From Squatina squatina (Eukaryota): 35,878 bases of DNA. Both the position numbers and the translations under genes were made by a program. Shown in pieces: positions 1-12,149 of the stretch. Each line of letters begins with the position of its first letter. Within the stretch, counting starts at the first letter, position 1. Location: contig JARFOE010000115.1 of the NCBI GenBank assembly GCA_031763465.1, positions 16,002,414 through 16,038,291 of the forward strand, given 5' to 3'. Under the pieces are notes generated by a model. The model was not told the origin of the DNA and did not search any database. It saw nothing but the letters and a program-made list of their open reading frames with translations.

Positions 1-1184
1 TTCTTCCACCCGAATCTCATCCCCATAGCACTCATTTAGCGCTTCTGCTACTCAAAACTATTCGTGACTGCCACCCAGGTGAATAGATTCAAAATTCACA
101 GGTGAAACAACCTGGTCCTGGTTTGAACCTGGATTCAGTCTGCGTCGACACTCTAAATGTAACATATTTTTCATGTCAAAAGAACATATAAAACCGAACG
201 TAGCAGTCAGATAGTCGGGTAAGAAAGGAATAGTGGAGCAGTGCAACAGCATGGGGGAAAGCTTCAGAAGGCTTCAACAAGACAAGCTTTTTTGTCATGA
301 GATTAACCCAATCTGAAAGGAGAAAGCTATATCAAAGGCATCTGTCCAATTTCACCTCTCTCAACTCCACATCAGTAACATTTCTCACCTGCCCCAAGCC
401 TTTGGTCCTTTCCCCATCACAGAGAACGAACGGGCAATGAGAAAGCTTGATGGTGCTGCCGGTTTTTACAGCTTTTGCTCTCTCGGCTTCAAATCAGAGG
501 AGACACTGTGTTCCTCCACCATAAATGAAAGCATCAAAACATGTATTGATTTTATACAGCTGTGCTCTCAATTATGATTTCTTTTTTTTAGCTGGTGCGC
601 TTTACCGTGAGTTCAGAGTGACAAATGATACGAGGGAACATTTAAAAGCATTCACTACTTTCCTAATTGGACTGCAATGGTTGCCTCCCCTTGGGGCTAG
701 ATATGGAACATTCATCAAAGACTAGTTTATGGCGTCAGCCTGAAAGTCTTTGACAGTAGAGCAGTAAGTCCACACAAGACCAATGTTTCTCTCTTCAGTC
801 GAAGATTAAACTGTAACAAGCTTCGACATTTCTGACTAGCACATTTTTGTAGCAGGGGAAAATCCCATTTCCAGTTGTGATAGAAACGACAATAAGATTA
901 TTTTTTTTAGCTCTGTCATCCAGTCTGCTACGTTTTCCCCTCAGAATAAAAGGTTCAGAGCTTTGCCATACACCCAACAACATCCATTCCTCAATCTGTA
1001 ATGGAAGGCCAGCGCTAAATGAGAAAGTGAGCCAAACTAGTAGATCGCTTATCTACCTTGGTATAATTGTAATATGACACATCCCTGAGCCGAAAAATAA
1101 GAGAGACAAACATAGGATATTCGCTGTTTGGAACGTAAGCATTTAATACAATAGGCACACAAACTAAACGGGCAGATATCAAAA

Positions 1185-1477
1185 ACCTAAGCAATTGCAG
1201 CAACCGCTTTGTGTACAGCAAGGACCAACAACAGCAATGCAATGTAGGATCAGTTATTCTGTTTTTGATGGTGTTACTTGAGGGAGAAATGTTGGCTAGG
1301 ACACTGGGGCAAAACTCTCGGCTTTTCTTTGAATATTGCCATAGGACTTTCAACATCCATTCAAACAGGCAGATGAGGCCTCAGCCTAAATCGCAATTGA
1401 AGGATGGCATCTCCTATAATGCAGCATTCTATCTCTATTGCACTGAAGCCTCTGTCGAGACAATGTGCTCAAGTCCT
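1185..1477 (-). mobile_element. Decayed DeuSINE/SacSINE1-like SINE fragment
   Basis: Diverged copy of the 19576-19989 repeat (shared blocks such as cagcaag..caacagcaatg, ttgagggagaaatgttggctaggacac, gcagatgaggcctc, gtgctcaagtc). Truncated by an N gap. Confidence 0.65.
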
Positions 1478-2800
1478 NNNNNNNNNNNNNNNNNNNNNNN
1501 NNNNNNNNNNNNNNNNNNNNNNNNNNNNNNNNNNNNNNNNNNNNNNNNNNNNNNNNNNNNNNNNNNNNNNNNNNNNNGAGAACATTGTTTCTGTGGCCGA
1601 GCTGCGAGCAGCCGGATTTCATAAAAGTGAATCCATTTGAGCTGATTTCTCACATAAATTACAGTATTTAGCCCATTCAGCATAAAATCTTTCATGCAGC
1701 TTTTAGAGGTCATTTAACAAATTTAAATGGAAGATATTACTGATGAATGACTGGGGGTTTTAAGTATGGATGTTTTCCAGTGTTACAAAATTTACATCAG
1801 AAAAGCGTAATTAAATCATGCAGACACGAAAATATATGTGTGGGAATTGTAAACTTCGATTGCGGAATCCAGCAAAGAAAAAATCCTTCTATTACTTAAA
1901 TTTAGAATATTAAACATCGACAGTCTATGCTGCTCTTTTTAAGCCCAGTAAATATTGCAGAACAGAAACCAACTTCAGCACTACTCGTTAAAGGTCCACC
2001 GCCCCACAACTGGCCCTAAAGCTGTGCTTTCTGATGTAAAGTTGGGATTCGAAGAAATCTGCATCTTAATTTTTTCTCTCTTTCGAGCGCCATCCATCAT
2101 ATCGACTTTCAACCAGTCAGAGAGCAGGATATGTCTGTGCACTCGTGGTGTCAACCTGTTNNNNNNNNNNNNNNNNNNNNNNNNNNNNNNNNNNNNNNNN
2201 NNNNNNNNNNNNNNNNNNNNNNNNNNNNNNNNNNNNNNNNNNNNNNNNNNNNNNNNNNNNCTGAAGAATACTACGCATTCTAAAATATTGCCAAAGTAAA
2301 TTTAACATTTTGCTGAAACTAAGATTTACCAGTAAAAAAATTAATGTATTCCATTTTGTAAATAATTTGCGGATGACAGCCTGGCTGATCTACAGGAAGG
2401 TATGAAGCTTTAACCACCCTGCAATTCCTACACATAAACCATTTTGTTATTTTATGCACAGTACACACCAGTATCAGAGCATTCATTAAATAATGCATTT
2501 GTTTTGAAGCTAATTAACCTTTCGTCAGATAAATGTGAAAGATAGGACCATTTAAAGCTGCAGATCAGTGCAGTAGCTGACATGTATTGCAGCTATTGAA
2601 AGCGGTAGAGGAATAAGGATCAACCTTCATTTATATTCTGCTCTGCATCCCATAGGGCATACAATCTTGACCTATCCATTTAAGTAATTAAAGCTTCCAT
2701 TTGGAAACATCCTGCAGGAAGAGGTGAAGTTTGGGAGATAAATGCTTGCTTGCTTGATGCATTTAGCTAGTTCCATCACTTGATGGACTGTTTTAAATAG

Positions 2801-3052
2801 CCTGGGTTGCCAGGTCCTCAAGGACTTCCAGGAGATAATGGTGCCCCAGGAAATCCAGGGAGACCAGGTCCTCCAGGTATCGTTAGCAGACAAATAACAA
2901 AGGGGCTACCAGGTGCACCTGGACGAACTGGAGCAGAAGGTGCTCGAGGCCCACCGGGTCCTCCTGGTCCACCAGGTTTACCTGGTGAAATTTTTGTGCA
3001 GCCAGAAAAATCTGTGCAACCACCACCTGGATTGTTGAGTCCTATTCCAGCT
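2801..3052 (+). CDS. Collagen-like exon (interrupted Gly-X-Y plus Pro-rich linker; possibly C1q/COL8/COL10-like family), 3' end lost in gap
   Basis: ttttaaatag acceptor at 2791-2800, then an open frame [84 protein letters not shown]: 9 + 10 Gly-X-Y triplets with one interruption. Confidence 0.75.
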
Positions 3053-3204
3053 NNNNNNNNNNNNNNNNNNNNNNNNNNNNNNNNNNNNNNNNNNNNNNNN
3101 NNNNNNNNNNNNNNNNNNNNNNNNNNNNNNNNNNNNNNNNNNNNNNNNNNNNGGAAATGTACTTTCAGTGGTGCAGTGCGTGTCATGACTGTACTCCAAC
3201 TCAC

Positions 3205-3339
3205 CTTCCAGGCTATTCGATTTCCTTGTGAACCATGTTCCAGGGCAATAGGGAAATCGCCTCGTTTGTAGCATTTGCGAAATGCTGTAGGTGCACTGGG
3301 TCTCTCTCGAAAAGATCCTGCCGATGAAGGACCAACCAC
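3205..3339 (-). CDS. PACRG: Parkin coregulated gene protein, internal coding exon (135 bp, phase 0/0)
   Basis: Minus-strand ttttctag acceptor and AAG|gtgagt donor. Translates [45 protein letters not shown], matching human [50 protein letters not shown]. Divergent orientation to PRKN, as expected. Confidence 0.95.
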
Positions 3340-3653
3340 CTAGAAAAGCAATTAAAAAAAAATTGGACCTTTACAATTATCCTGACAAATACTGTTCGCA
3401 CAACTGTATAAACTTCATAACAGCATTGAAGATGCAGCTTCAGTCTATGAACTCACCTATAACAGTCCTATTTTACAGCATTTATCTGATAACTATAGAA
3501 GTGAAAATAAAATCTGGTTTATTTATTTCACAGGGTAAAGAACAATTTTCTGCTCAGTCTTCCTACCATTGCTTTTGCTTAATGTAATTCCTCCTTCCTT
3601 AAAAAAACTGTTACCGTGATGGCTACTATGTTGTCCCAAAATTAAGAGATAAT

Positions 3654-3811
3654 GGGTGTAATTGTAACTTTGGGTGATAGTGTAAAACAGGCGATATTAA
3701 ATCAGCCAGCCATTAAACATCTCCTCCCATTTTCAAACCAGAAGAGATTTGTAACAGGCGGCTGATCGGATATTGCCCAATTTACACTACCATCCAAAGT
3801 CAAATTACCCC
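3654..3811. mobile_element. Palindromic MITE (~158 bp)
   Basis: Left end gggtgtaattgtaactttgggtgatagtgtaaaacaggcgatatt closely matches the reverse complement of the right end (ggggtaatttgactttggatggtagtgtaaaattgggcaatatc). Confidence 0.7.
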
Positions 3812-4904
3812 GCTCCTGCCNNNNNNNNNNNNNNNNNNNNNNNNNNNNNNNNNNNNNNNNNNNNNNNNNNNNNNNNNNNNNNNNNNNNNNNNNNNNNNNN
3901 NNNNNNNNNNNNNNNNNNNNTCACATTTCCTTTTTAATCTTTTTCCTGCATGAAATTCCCTTTCGACCAAGGCTTGTAATAGTTTCCTTAAATTACTTGT
4001 TTAATTCTGGGAATTCCATAATAGCTTGCTGTGCTACATGTTCTCTGTGGAATACTTTCAGTGGTAACATATCCTCAAATCATTGGAGTAATTACAATAT
4101 CAGTAAAAGGTCCAAGATGAGATTACTGAAAGTAAATGTACAAAAAATGGGATTTTACTTGATCCAATTGGTCGGATTTGATTGCAGAATGCGAGGGCTG
4201 AGGGCGCATTGCAAGACAAATCAAAGGTCGCTGGCAAGTGATCTGAATGACAAAATCCTTTTTGTAGATTTTTTGACAGTGTGGTAAAAGAAAGTGGGAG
4301 AACAATTCTCAGCTCAACTGTTGTATGGAGAAAACAGTGTAATATCTGATCAACTTCTGTGTTCTTTGCTGAATGTTGGTTAAAGACACCTATGAAAGGA
4401 CAGATCATAATGGCTGCCAGTTTATTCTTGACCGTACTGAGAATTTTCTCACGCTTTGCCAATTAGAGAATTATTCTAAAAATTAAATTTCAAAGCAAGC
4501 TTCCTGTACGAGCAGATTAGTTGCAGTGATGGTCTTTTTGAGGGACTCTGTATGTAAAATATATTGTCAAATACTTCAGTAATATTTCTTTATATTACGA
4601 GTTATGATATAGAAGATACCGTAGGTATATTCTGAGACTGAAACCCTGAGGCAAATAAAGAGAAAATGTAAAGTTACACCCACTAGAGATATACATTCTC
4701 TATTTGTGAAGTGTTACAGTCAATAAGGTATAAAACAGAGGTTATGAGGTACTGAACTTGTCAGAGGTGTGGAATGGGGTATTCACTTATTTACGATCAC
4801 TGAANNNNNNNNNNNNNNNNNNNNNNNNNNNNNNNNNNNNNNNNNNNNNNNNNNNNNNNNNNNNNNNNNNNNNNNNNNNNNNNNNNNNNNNNNNNNNNNN
4901 NNNN

Positions 4905-4973
4905 GGGATGGGCAATAAATGCTGGGCTTGCCAACGACGCCCACATCCCGTGAACAAATATATTAAAAAAAAG
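4905..4973 (+). mobile_element. LINE/SINE 3' tail fragment
   Basis: gggatgggcaataaatgctgggcttgccaacgacgcccacatccc followed by an A-rich tail; resembles a common chondrichthyan CR1-group 3' end (from memory). Confidence 0.5.
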
Positions 4974-5715
4974 ATAGGTAGAAAGGATGGACATGTTTAT
5001 CACAGTACAAAAGCAGGTGTTAATCCCATCCTCTTTCATTGGACATTTCAAAGGTGAATATAAAATCTGTAGGCTAATTTAAGTCTCCAGGGAGAGTATT
5101 TCAGGTTGGCCGTATCTTAAATAATGCTCGCTATGTAGTTGTTGCAGAATCTGAAATGGTGTCACTTCTATTAATAGAAATTAAATGGAGTATAAAGTGG
5201 TAGAAATATTTCTTAGTTCCTGATCTTACATTATAGCTCGAGGCTGATGAATAGTGTGGTTTGGAATCAATTTCAGGATTGATCTGAAAGATAATCCTCT
5301 TCACAACTAGTTCCTGGGGTTTTACTGTCAGATGCTTAAATGAGTAGCAGTTGCTAAAAATGCTGGGGCCTATTGGGAAATAAATAGTTAAATTTTTGTA
5401 AAGCCAAACTGATGCAAGCTTTGTTTTTGAGACACTTCGAGAAATACATTTTCTTAATTGCTGAAAACTGCCTTTGAAGGTTATTTTTCTACCCAATCAG
5501 AAATGGAGCTGGCATGACCAGATAATCCTTTAATTTACTCATATGTGTCCAAACCAAGAAGGGAGCTGCTGAATTATCATAGTTGTCCATGATTATATGG
5601 CCCAAAAATGCCTGGTAAAGCAAACTCATTCACAGCATTTGAACAGATAATAACAGAGTTGTAAAAGAGTACATTGATAAGAGGCAGTGTATCTGCTATG
5701 CTATATATATTATAT

Positions 5716-5812
5716 ATAAACAAAAAATGCTGGAAAAACTCAGCTGGTCAGATAGCATCTGTGGAGAGAAAAACAAGAGTCAACATTTCAGGTCGATGAC
5801 CCTTCTTCTGAA
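5716..5812 (-). mobile_element. Penelope-like element terminal fragment
   Basis: aaacaaaaaatgctggaaaaactcagctggtcagatagcatctgtggagagaaaaaca..tttcaggtcgatgaccctt; a related copy lies at 22727-22820. Confidence 0.5.
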
Positions 5813-5964
5813 CCGAATAAATCCAGAAATGCCGCAGGTTTTCAAGCACCTGCAGGGACAGGGANNNNNNNNNNNNNNNNNNNNNNNNNNNNNNNNNNNN
5901 NNNNNNNNNNNNNNNNNNNNNNNNNNNNNNNNNNNNNNNNNNNNNNNNNNNNNNNNNNNNNNNN

Positions 5965-6004
5965 GCCCATTTAGTGCCAGAAAAAAAGGATGAATTGAGC
6001 GCCC
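5965..6004. mobile_element. PIF/Harbinger element end (TIR)
   Basis: aaaaaaaggatgaattgagcgccc followed by TAA is the reverse complement of the end at 24779 (gggcgcccaattcgtccttttttt). Confidence 0.65.
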
Positions 6005-6760
6005 TAAATGCTTCGTTTTATTTCCTATAGATTTTATTTCGCAGGAAAATATTCATGTGTTACATACTTTAACTTTAGATATTTGTAAACACAGTTTGTG
6101 CAAAATATAAAAGCTTTGATATTACTATTACTGAATGGATGGATTAGAGAGATTGCAGCCTAGGATATTATCTCAGATTTTAATGCCGGTTGTAGCTCAG
6201 TGCAACACGCAGAAGAGCTAGAAAATGTTTGCTGTAAGTAATCTAAAAAAAAATGTTTTATGTTCAGAATCTCAGGAGATCCATAATTTAAGGGATTTGG
6301 CTTAACTTGTGGGACAAGTAAGAGAAATTGTAGTGAATCATATGTAAAATAAATCTACCCATGTTTCCATTTGCAGGCTGTTGACGGCTTTCATTCATTT
6401 TTGCTGACTTAACAAATTGACAAGTGAGCAATAAAATATAAACTATGTTCAATGTTCAGGGACACAGATCTTAAAAACTGCCAATGAATGGCATAAATTC
6501 AGTGATGCACTGTTGTCTACTAGCTCTATTAACAGAGTGATTTAAAAGTTACAGCAGTTATAAAATATACATTTCTATTATTGAAAAACCTTAATGAAGA
6601 AGCAAAGCCCGTAGTAAACTACCAGGGGTTGAAAATAGTTGGAGAGAAGGTGGAGTAAATAAAAAAAATACCATTAGGGTGATAGTGTAAATCTTGGGTT
6701 TTAACAGCCTATTTATTAGAGGATAAAGGAGGGAGGGAATAAGTTACAGTATGCAACATT

Positions 6761-7154
6761 GGGGGCCTGAAATTGGGTACTTTTTAGCGCCTCTTTATTG
6801 CCAGACGCAGGCGTTATGGAGGCGCCAAGAAAACTAAGACGTAAACGGGCTGATTAGCTCCACACGCGAAATTCGGCTCCCGATTTTTGGAGGCGTTAAA
6901 AGTTAACGTCTCTGCGGCCCAGCGAGGTGCTATTCTTGGAGGCGCTAGCTGCTGGTGGCGTCATCACGGCACACAGTGCCTCCGCAGCGACACGCCAGAA
7001 AATTCACTACTCTTAACACCTCTGCTGGCCATGAGAAAACAGCACCAGAAAATCCTGTCGCTACACAGGGCTCCTGTGGCGCTGCTACATTTTGTTTCAT
7101 GGTATAAATGGCCAACTCATTGAGAGAACGGAGAGTGGGGGCAGGGGTGCGTGT
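6761..7154. mobile_element. Probable PIF/Harbinger-derived non-autonomous element, left part
   Basis: Starts ggggcctgaaattg; CpG-rich interior shares gcgaaattcggctccc with the 8548 element; ends at a gap. Confidence 0.45.
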
Positions 7155-8547
7155 NNNNNNNNNNNNNNNNNNNNNNNNNNNNNNNNNNNNNNNNNNNNNN
7201 NNNNNNNNNNNNNNNNNNNNNNNNNNNNNNNNNNNNNNNNNNNNNNNNNNNNNNCAATGGGCGCCCAGCTGAGAGTGGGAAGAGCGTAGCCTCTACCTCA
7301 GACTCTGCTACGGGTGCTTCAAAACACATCACTGGTGAATGCACAAGAGCAACCTGTGGCTGGTTCTTCCTCTGCTTGTTCCTCGCTCTCTGAGAAAACA
7401 CAAGGCCACTGCTCACAGCAATATTGCTGAGACCTGAATCTTTGTAATTTTGAGGACTGAGGCTACACATTAGGTCCTCCAGTGAAGTGCACCACCATGC
7501 CATTTCCTCTTTTTATTCTTAATTCCTTTATTTCTTACTTGTCTTAGGCTTTGGTCCATACTTTCATTTTTCATTGTCTTCATACAATTAAACTGCTTTT
7601 TTCTTTTCTAATTTCATCCTCTTTTTGTTTATTTTTTTCACACGAGAGCAGCCCATTGGCAACTCTCCATCTGTTTTTTCCCCCTCTCCTCTTTGGGGAA
7701 GTATTTGGCCTTCACTCTGGGCCTCCTCACAGCAACGCGGCTGAGACCAGCAGTCAGTAATCAAACATTCTGCTGCCNNNNNNNNNNCCATTAGGCACAC
7801 CGATCCTCACCGTACCCTGTCCCCACACTCCCGCCATTGGATACACCGATCCTAACTGTACCCGGCCCCCCCCGCCCCGCCCCAGTTCCCACTCCCTGGC
7901 ACTGTGCAATGGTATTCCAATGCGCAGTATCACTCCGCCACCCCGTTTCTCTCTTTCTTGAAGTGCAATTTCATGCTATTTCTGTCGTGCTCTTGTTTGT
8001 CAGTGAATGCCCAGTTTCCTTGTCTGTAATTGTGAAAGAGCTATCACTGGCTGTCACACGGATGCCATAAATGTGACAGAAACTGCTTTTAAGGAATCTC
8101 AAACTGACAAACTCTGGAAATTTCAAATCAACCCACACACAACATATCAAACGGAAGACAGAATCAGATGCTCAGACACAGAAACCCTCTGAGATTTTGT
8201 TAAAAGATTCAATCCTACTGCAGCAAATTGCTAAGGATCTAAAGTAGCAAGTGGAAAAGTGGTAGCCAAAATTTCAGTTCTGTGAGTTTCAAAACCCCTT
8301 ACGCCTGAGCATATGATAATGTATCAGTGAATCAGAATGAACTGGGCTATTGCAAATATGCATTTTGAGAAGGAACTTTGGATTCTGCATAGCCTTTAGT
8401 TTTTAAAAGTCCTGTTAGTTGTAAAAGCTTGATAAATTTGTGCCCCATAGTTTCATACACATGGGCATTGTTGGTTATCAGGATACTTATTGTGAAGAGG
8501 CTAATAATTCTTATGATAAATTGATATATTTACTTACCAGGTATTAA

Positions 8548-9241
8548 GGGCGCCCAATTCGAGGTAAAACTTCTAGCGCGAAATCGGTGCGAAACTGGCG
8601 TAAAGGTACTTTAGGCGCGAAAACGCGGGTGCAAAATTCGGCTCCCGTTTGCGCCGGCACAAAATGGGCGCAAGGCCCATAAGGCTCGAGGCACTGGCTT
8701 TAGAGTTATTGCGGCGCTGTGACGTCATAAGTGCGCGCACCACCCAAAATGGCCGTCCGTCCAAAATTGCACAGTGTCAGTGTGCACTAAATCCAGCAGT
8801 GACACCGCCTGCTTTTTTCAGTGGGGAAACAGGCCTCAGCTCAGATAATCCAGTGCAAGTGAGANNNNNNNNNNNNNNNNNNNNNNNNNNNNNNNNNNNN
8901 NNNNNNNNNNNNNNNNNNNNNNNNNNNNNNNNNNNNNNNNNNNNNNNNNNNNNNNNNNNNNNNNAGCCTGAGCAGTGAGAGCCGAGCCCGGACAGGGGAC
9001 TGTGTGCACCGAACACTGAACAGGGACTGTGTGAGCCCGGACAAGCTGTGGAATTTGCATCCACACCACGAATAGGTCAGTTCACTATGGGCCCTTTAAC
9101 ATTAATGTTTGCATGTGTTTGAATGCTCAAAATCTAAAGTGGCTAATTGGGGGCTTGAAGCAAAATTTTCAAAGAGTCCCATTTCCAGCACTAAGTTCGG
9201 CGCTTAGCGCAAGAAACTTTAAAAACCCGAATTGGACGCCC
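8548..9241. mobile_element. PIF/Harbinger element with TIRs and TAA target-site duplication (spans an N gap)
   Basis: TAA-GGGCGCCCAATTCG at 8545-8561 and CGAATTGGACGCCC-TAA at 9228-9244: 14-bp TIR with 1 mismatch and a TWA-type TSD. Confidence 0.75.
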
Positions 9242-9861
9242 TAAATCTTTTAAGTTTATTTAAAACAATCTGTAAATATTGCTAAGAAGCTTGTAGTTTG
9301 TGCACGTGCATAAATTGTTTTTCGTTCTTCAAGCGCTACTTTAAAACAACACTAACCTTCAGGGTCCTTTGCAGATATAGTTTATTTAATTTTGTCAGCA
9401 TTTGCAGTTTTTCTCTATTATTCTATACTGTATATTTGTGGCTTTCAAATTTTAACTTGTTGGGCGAGTTAGATTTATTGAAATTACATATTCATTTTTA
9501 TCCTGTGGGTAGTATTGTAGAACCAGTAGCTGACATGTTAGCGCTGTTTAGGGGAAGTGTTGGTCAGGCCTTGGATGGAAATTACTATTGAGTGCAATTA
9601 CAAGGTTAAGCTCATAGAGAACATGTGTCGGGGTTCTCAGCAGTGTTTGTTGAGATTATCAGTTTGTCCATTAGAGGGGCATCAGTCCTGTTATGATGTC
9701 ACCTGGCACATCACACAATTAAACTTTTTAGTTAATTTTACCTCGTTGGTATGTTATTCTTTGAAAACTTGTAAAAAGTCTAATAGTACTTATTGAATGA
9801 TAAACTATGCGATCTCCATTAATATTGATTTATTAAGTGTTAATTTGGTGTTTTGGGTCAG

Positions 9862-10025
9862 TGTTTGTTAGGTTCAATTCAAGCCATGGATTCCCGGTGG
9901 AGGTTGATGCAAATGCCAGCATCTTCCAGCTTAAGGAGGCAGTTGCTAAGAGACAAGGAGTTCCAATTGACCAGTTGTGCGTGATCTTTGCTGGAAAGGA
10001 GCTGAGGAACGACTTGACACTGCAG
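9862..10025 (+). CDS. PRKN: E3 ubiquitin ligase parkin, exon 2 (ubiquitin-like domain)
   Basis: ttttgggtcag acceptor, CAG|gtaggt donor, 164 bp (the length of human exon 2). (V)[54 protein letters not shown] is 47/55 identical to human parkin residues 3-57 by manual comparison. Confidence 0.97.
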
Positions 10026-10264
10026 GTAGGTCCCCCTTGGTTTTTTTCTTTTGTTTCTGGGCGGCTGCCAACTCGGGGGTTCATAGCTCTAATAATGCCT
10101 ATCTGACATTCAGATCTCAGATGTCATATAATAAACAGTGACTGGGGAGTTCTTGAACTTTATNNNNNNNNNNNNNNNNNNNNNNNNNNNNNNNNNNNNN
10201 NNNNNNNNNNNNNNNNNNNNNNNNNNNNNNNNNNNNNNNNNNNNNNNNNNNNNNNNNNNNNNNA

Positions 10265-12105
10265 AGCACTGGTGGATTGAAGACAGTCTCACAGTGCCGA
10301 AGGGCTACCTGGGAGGCCATATTATTGCTAAGGGATAAGTCAGTGAAAATAGTTAGCGATATGTGCCCTAACCCTGCAGAAAGTATCGCAGATATGGGGG
10401 AGGAACATGAATGAAAGGAAGCCATTAGCTCTGAAAACCCCAGCGGAGTCCAAGAGGAACCCCTCGAAAACACAGACCTCCCCCATTCGTGGATGGGTCG
10501 TGGAAGTACATAAACGGGGCTCCGAGAACGGGGTGGGCAGTGGTGAACAGCGAGGGCCTCATCGGGCGAGGGGGAAGGCTCCCAGGGGAACTTTCCGCAC
10601 AGGTTGCCGAATTGACGGCCCTCACCGTAGCCCTGAAGTTAGCTAAAGACCATATCGTGAACATCTACACTGACAGCAGATATGCCCTTGGGGTGGTCCA
10701 CGATTACATGATCGCCTGGAGTAGACGAGGCTATATAACCTCTAATGGGGGACACATACAGCACAAGGAGATAGTAAGAGAATTGGTTGAGGCGGCGAGA
10801 CTGTCCAGACAGGCCTCGGTAATAAAGGTCAAGGCCCATCAGAAGATCCAAGATGTCATACAAAGGGGAAGTCAGTGGGTGAACGAGGCAGTAAAGTGGG
10901 CTGTAGAGACAGGGACCCTGGAGCTGGTGGCAGCTTGCAGCATTTGTCCGGAGGAAATAAATGTGCAGATGCTGCATGAGGAAACGGCCGAAACAGAAAA
11001 GGAAGTTTGGAAAAGGAAAGGGGCAGGCAAGGATGAGCATGGGATCTGGAGAAAGAATGGACGAGTAGTAGCCCCTGAGTGTATACGGCAAAACTTGCTC
11101 AAGATCTATCATGGGAATCAGCACTCTGGGAGAAATGCTATGCTTGGGTGTATGGGGCGATGCTGGTGGTGGCCGGGAATGGGCAGGGACATAGCGAAAT
11201 ACTGCCAGAGATGTATTACCTGTGCCCAGTGTAACATCGGGAAGGCTGTCAAAATTAAACTGGCCCACCAACTGCGACCCAAGGGATCTTGGGAGCAGGT
11301 CCAGATAGACTTCACCGGGCCCCTGCTCCCTAGCCGAGGTAAGACGTATTGCCTAGTTGTGATAGACCAGTTCACCCGGTGGGTGGAGGCGTTCGCAACA
11401 AAGGATTGCTCCACTAGCACCGTTGCAAAGATCTTCACCGAAGAAATTATACCTCGGTGGGGAGTGCCACTACAAATAGACTCAGATCAGGGGATGCACT
11501 TCACATAATCAAGCAGACGTTTACCCTACTGGGGGTCAAGCAAGGGTTCCACATACCATACCATCCACACAGTCCAGGTATGGTAGAAAGAATGAATAAA
11601 ACTTTAAAAGCATCACTCTCAAAGGCTATTGCCATGACCGGCAAGGGCTGGGCTGACCTGCTACCTAGTTTCTTGATGAGACTGAGAGCAATCGTACGAC
11701 CGGGTTGACCCCATTTGAACCAATGACGGGACAGGCCATGAGGCTGCCCAAGGGCATGGCCACAGGCAGTGAGGACGTGGGACCAGCTCGGGAGAGGGTT
11801 AGATGATTTGTTGAGGAATTATGCAAGCAATTGCATGACCGAAGACAGGGGTCAGGAACCAGCAAATTGTCAGAGACATGGAAATGAAGGATGTAGAGGA
11901 AAAGCTGAGGTTGCCGGGAATAGGGGGTCGAGTGGTGGTTAGGGTCCTGTCCGCGAAACCAGGCTTAGCACCTCGCTGGCAAGGGCCTTATGAGGTCCTG
12001 ATGACCAGCGATACTTGCGCATGTGTGGATATGACAGGAAAGGGCCGGTGGAAAAACTGGACGCAGGTAAAGAAGTATGGAGGCACAAAGAATAATGAGG
12101 ACTAA
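10265..12105 (+). pseudogene. pol: Retroviral pol: tether/connection, RNase H, integrase (HHCC, DDE, GPY)
   Basis: Tether ...RRATWEAILL...CPNPAE...EHE*...EEPLENTDLP; frameshift near 10484; RNase H FVDGS...SAQVAEL...IYTDSRYALGVVHD...KVKAH; integrase YHGNQH...CITC, QIDFTGPL, IDSDQG, GMVERMN; then TTGLTPFE and PRWQGPYEV. Stops and frameshifts near 10412, 10484, 11506, 11690, 11803 and 11870. Confidence 0.93.
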
Positions 12106-12146
12106 ACCGGTGATGACCGGCGTCCATCATGTTTCCTCCTTACAGG
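12101..12146 (+). promoter_or_regulatory. env splice acceptor (branch point, polypyrimidine tract, CAG|G)
   Basis: actaaac at 12101-12107, tttcctccttacag|G with AG at 12144-12145, located between the pol stop (12105) and the env ATG (12150). Confidence 0.7.
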
Positions 12147-12149
12147 ATC

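Noticed and set aside
2807-3339. ORF-track proteins joining collagen and PACRG sequence on opposite strands
   Set aside because: They read through an N gap and splice sites; these are two separate exons on different contigs.
9837-10106. Stand-alone ubiquitin-like gene
   Set aside because: Only 9862-10025 is coding, with splice sites and length matching PRKN exon 2.
10639-11438. Antisense ORFs (210 aa, 106 aa) over pol as possible viral antisense genes
   Set aside because: No recognisable motifs; expected shadow ORFs of a long open sense frame.
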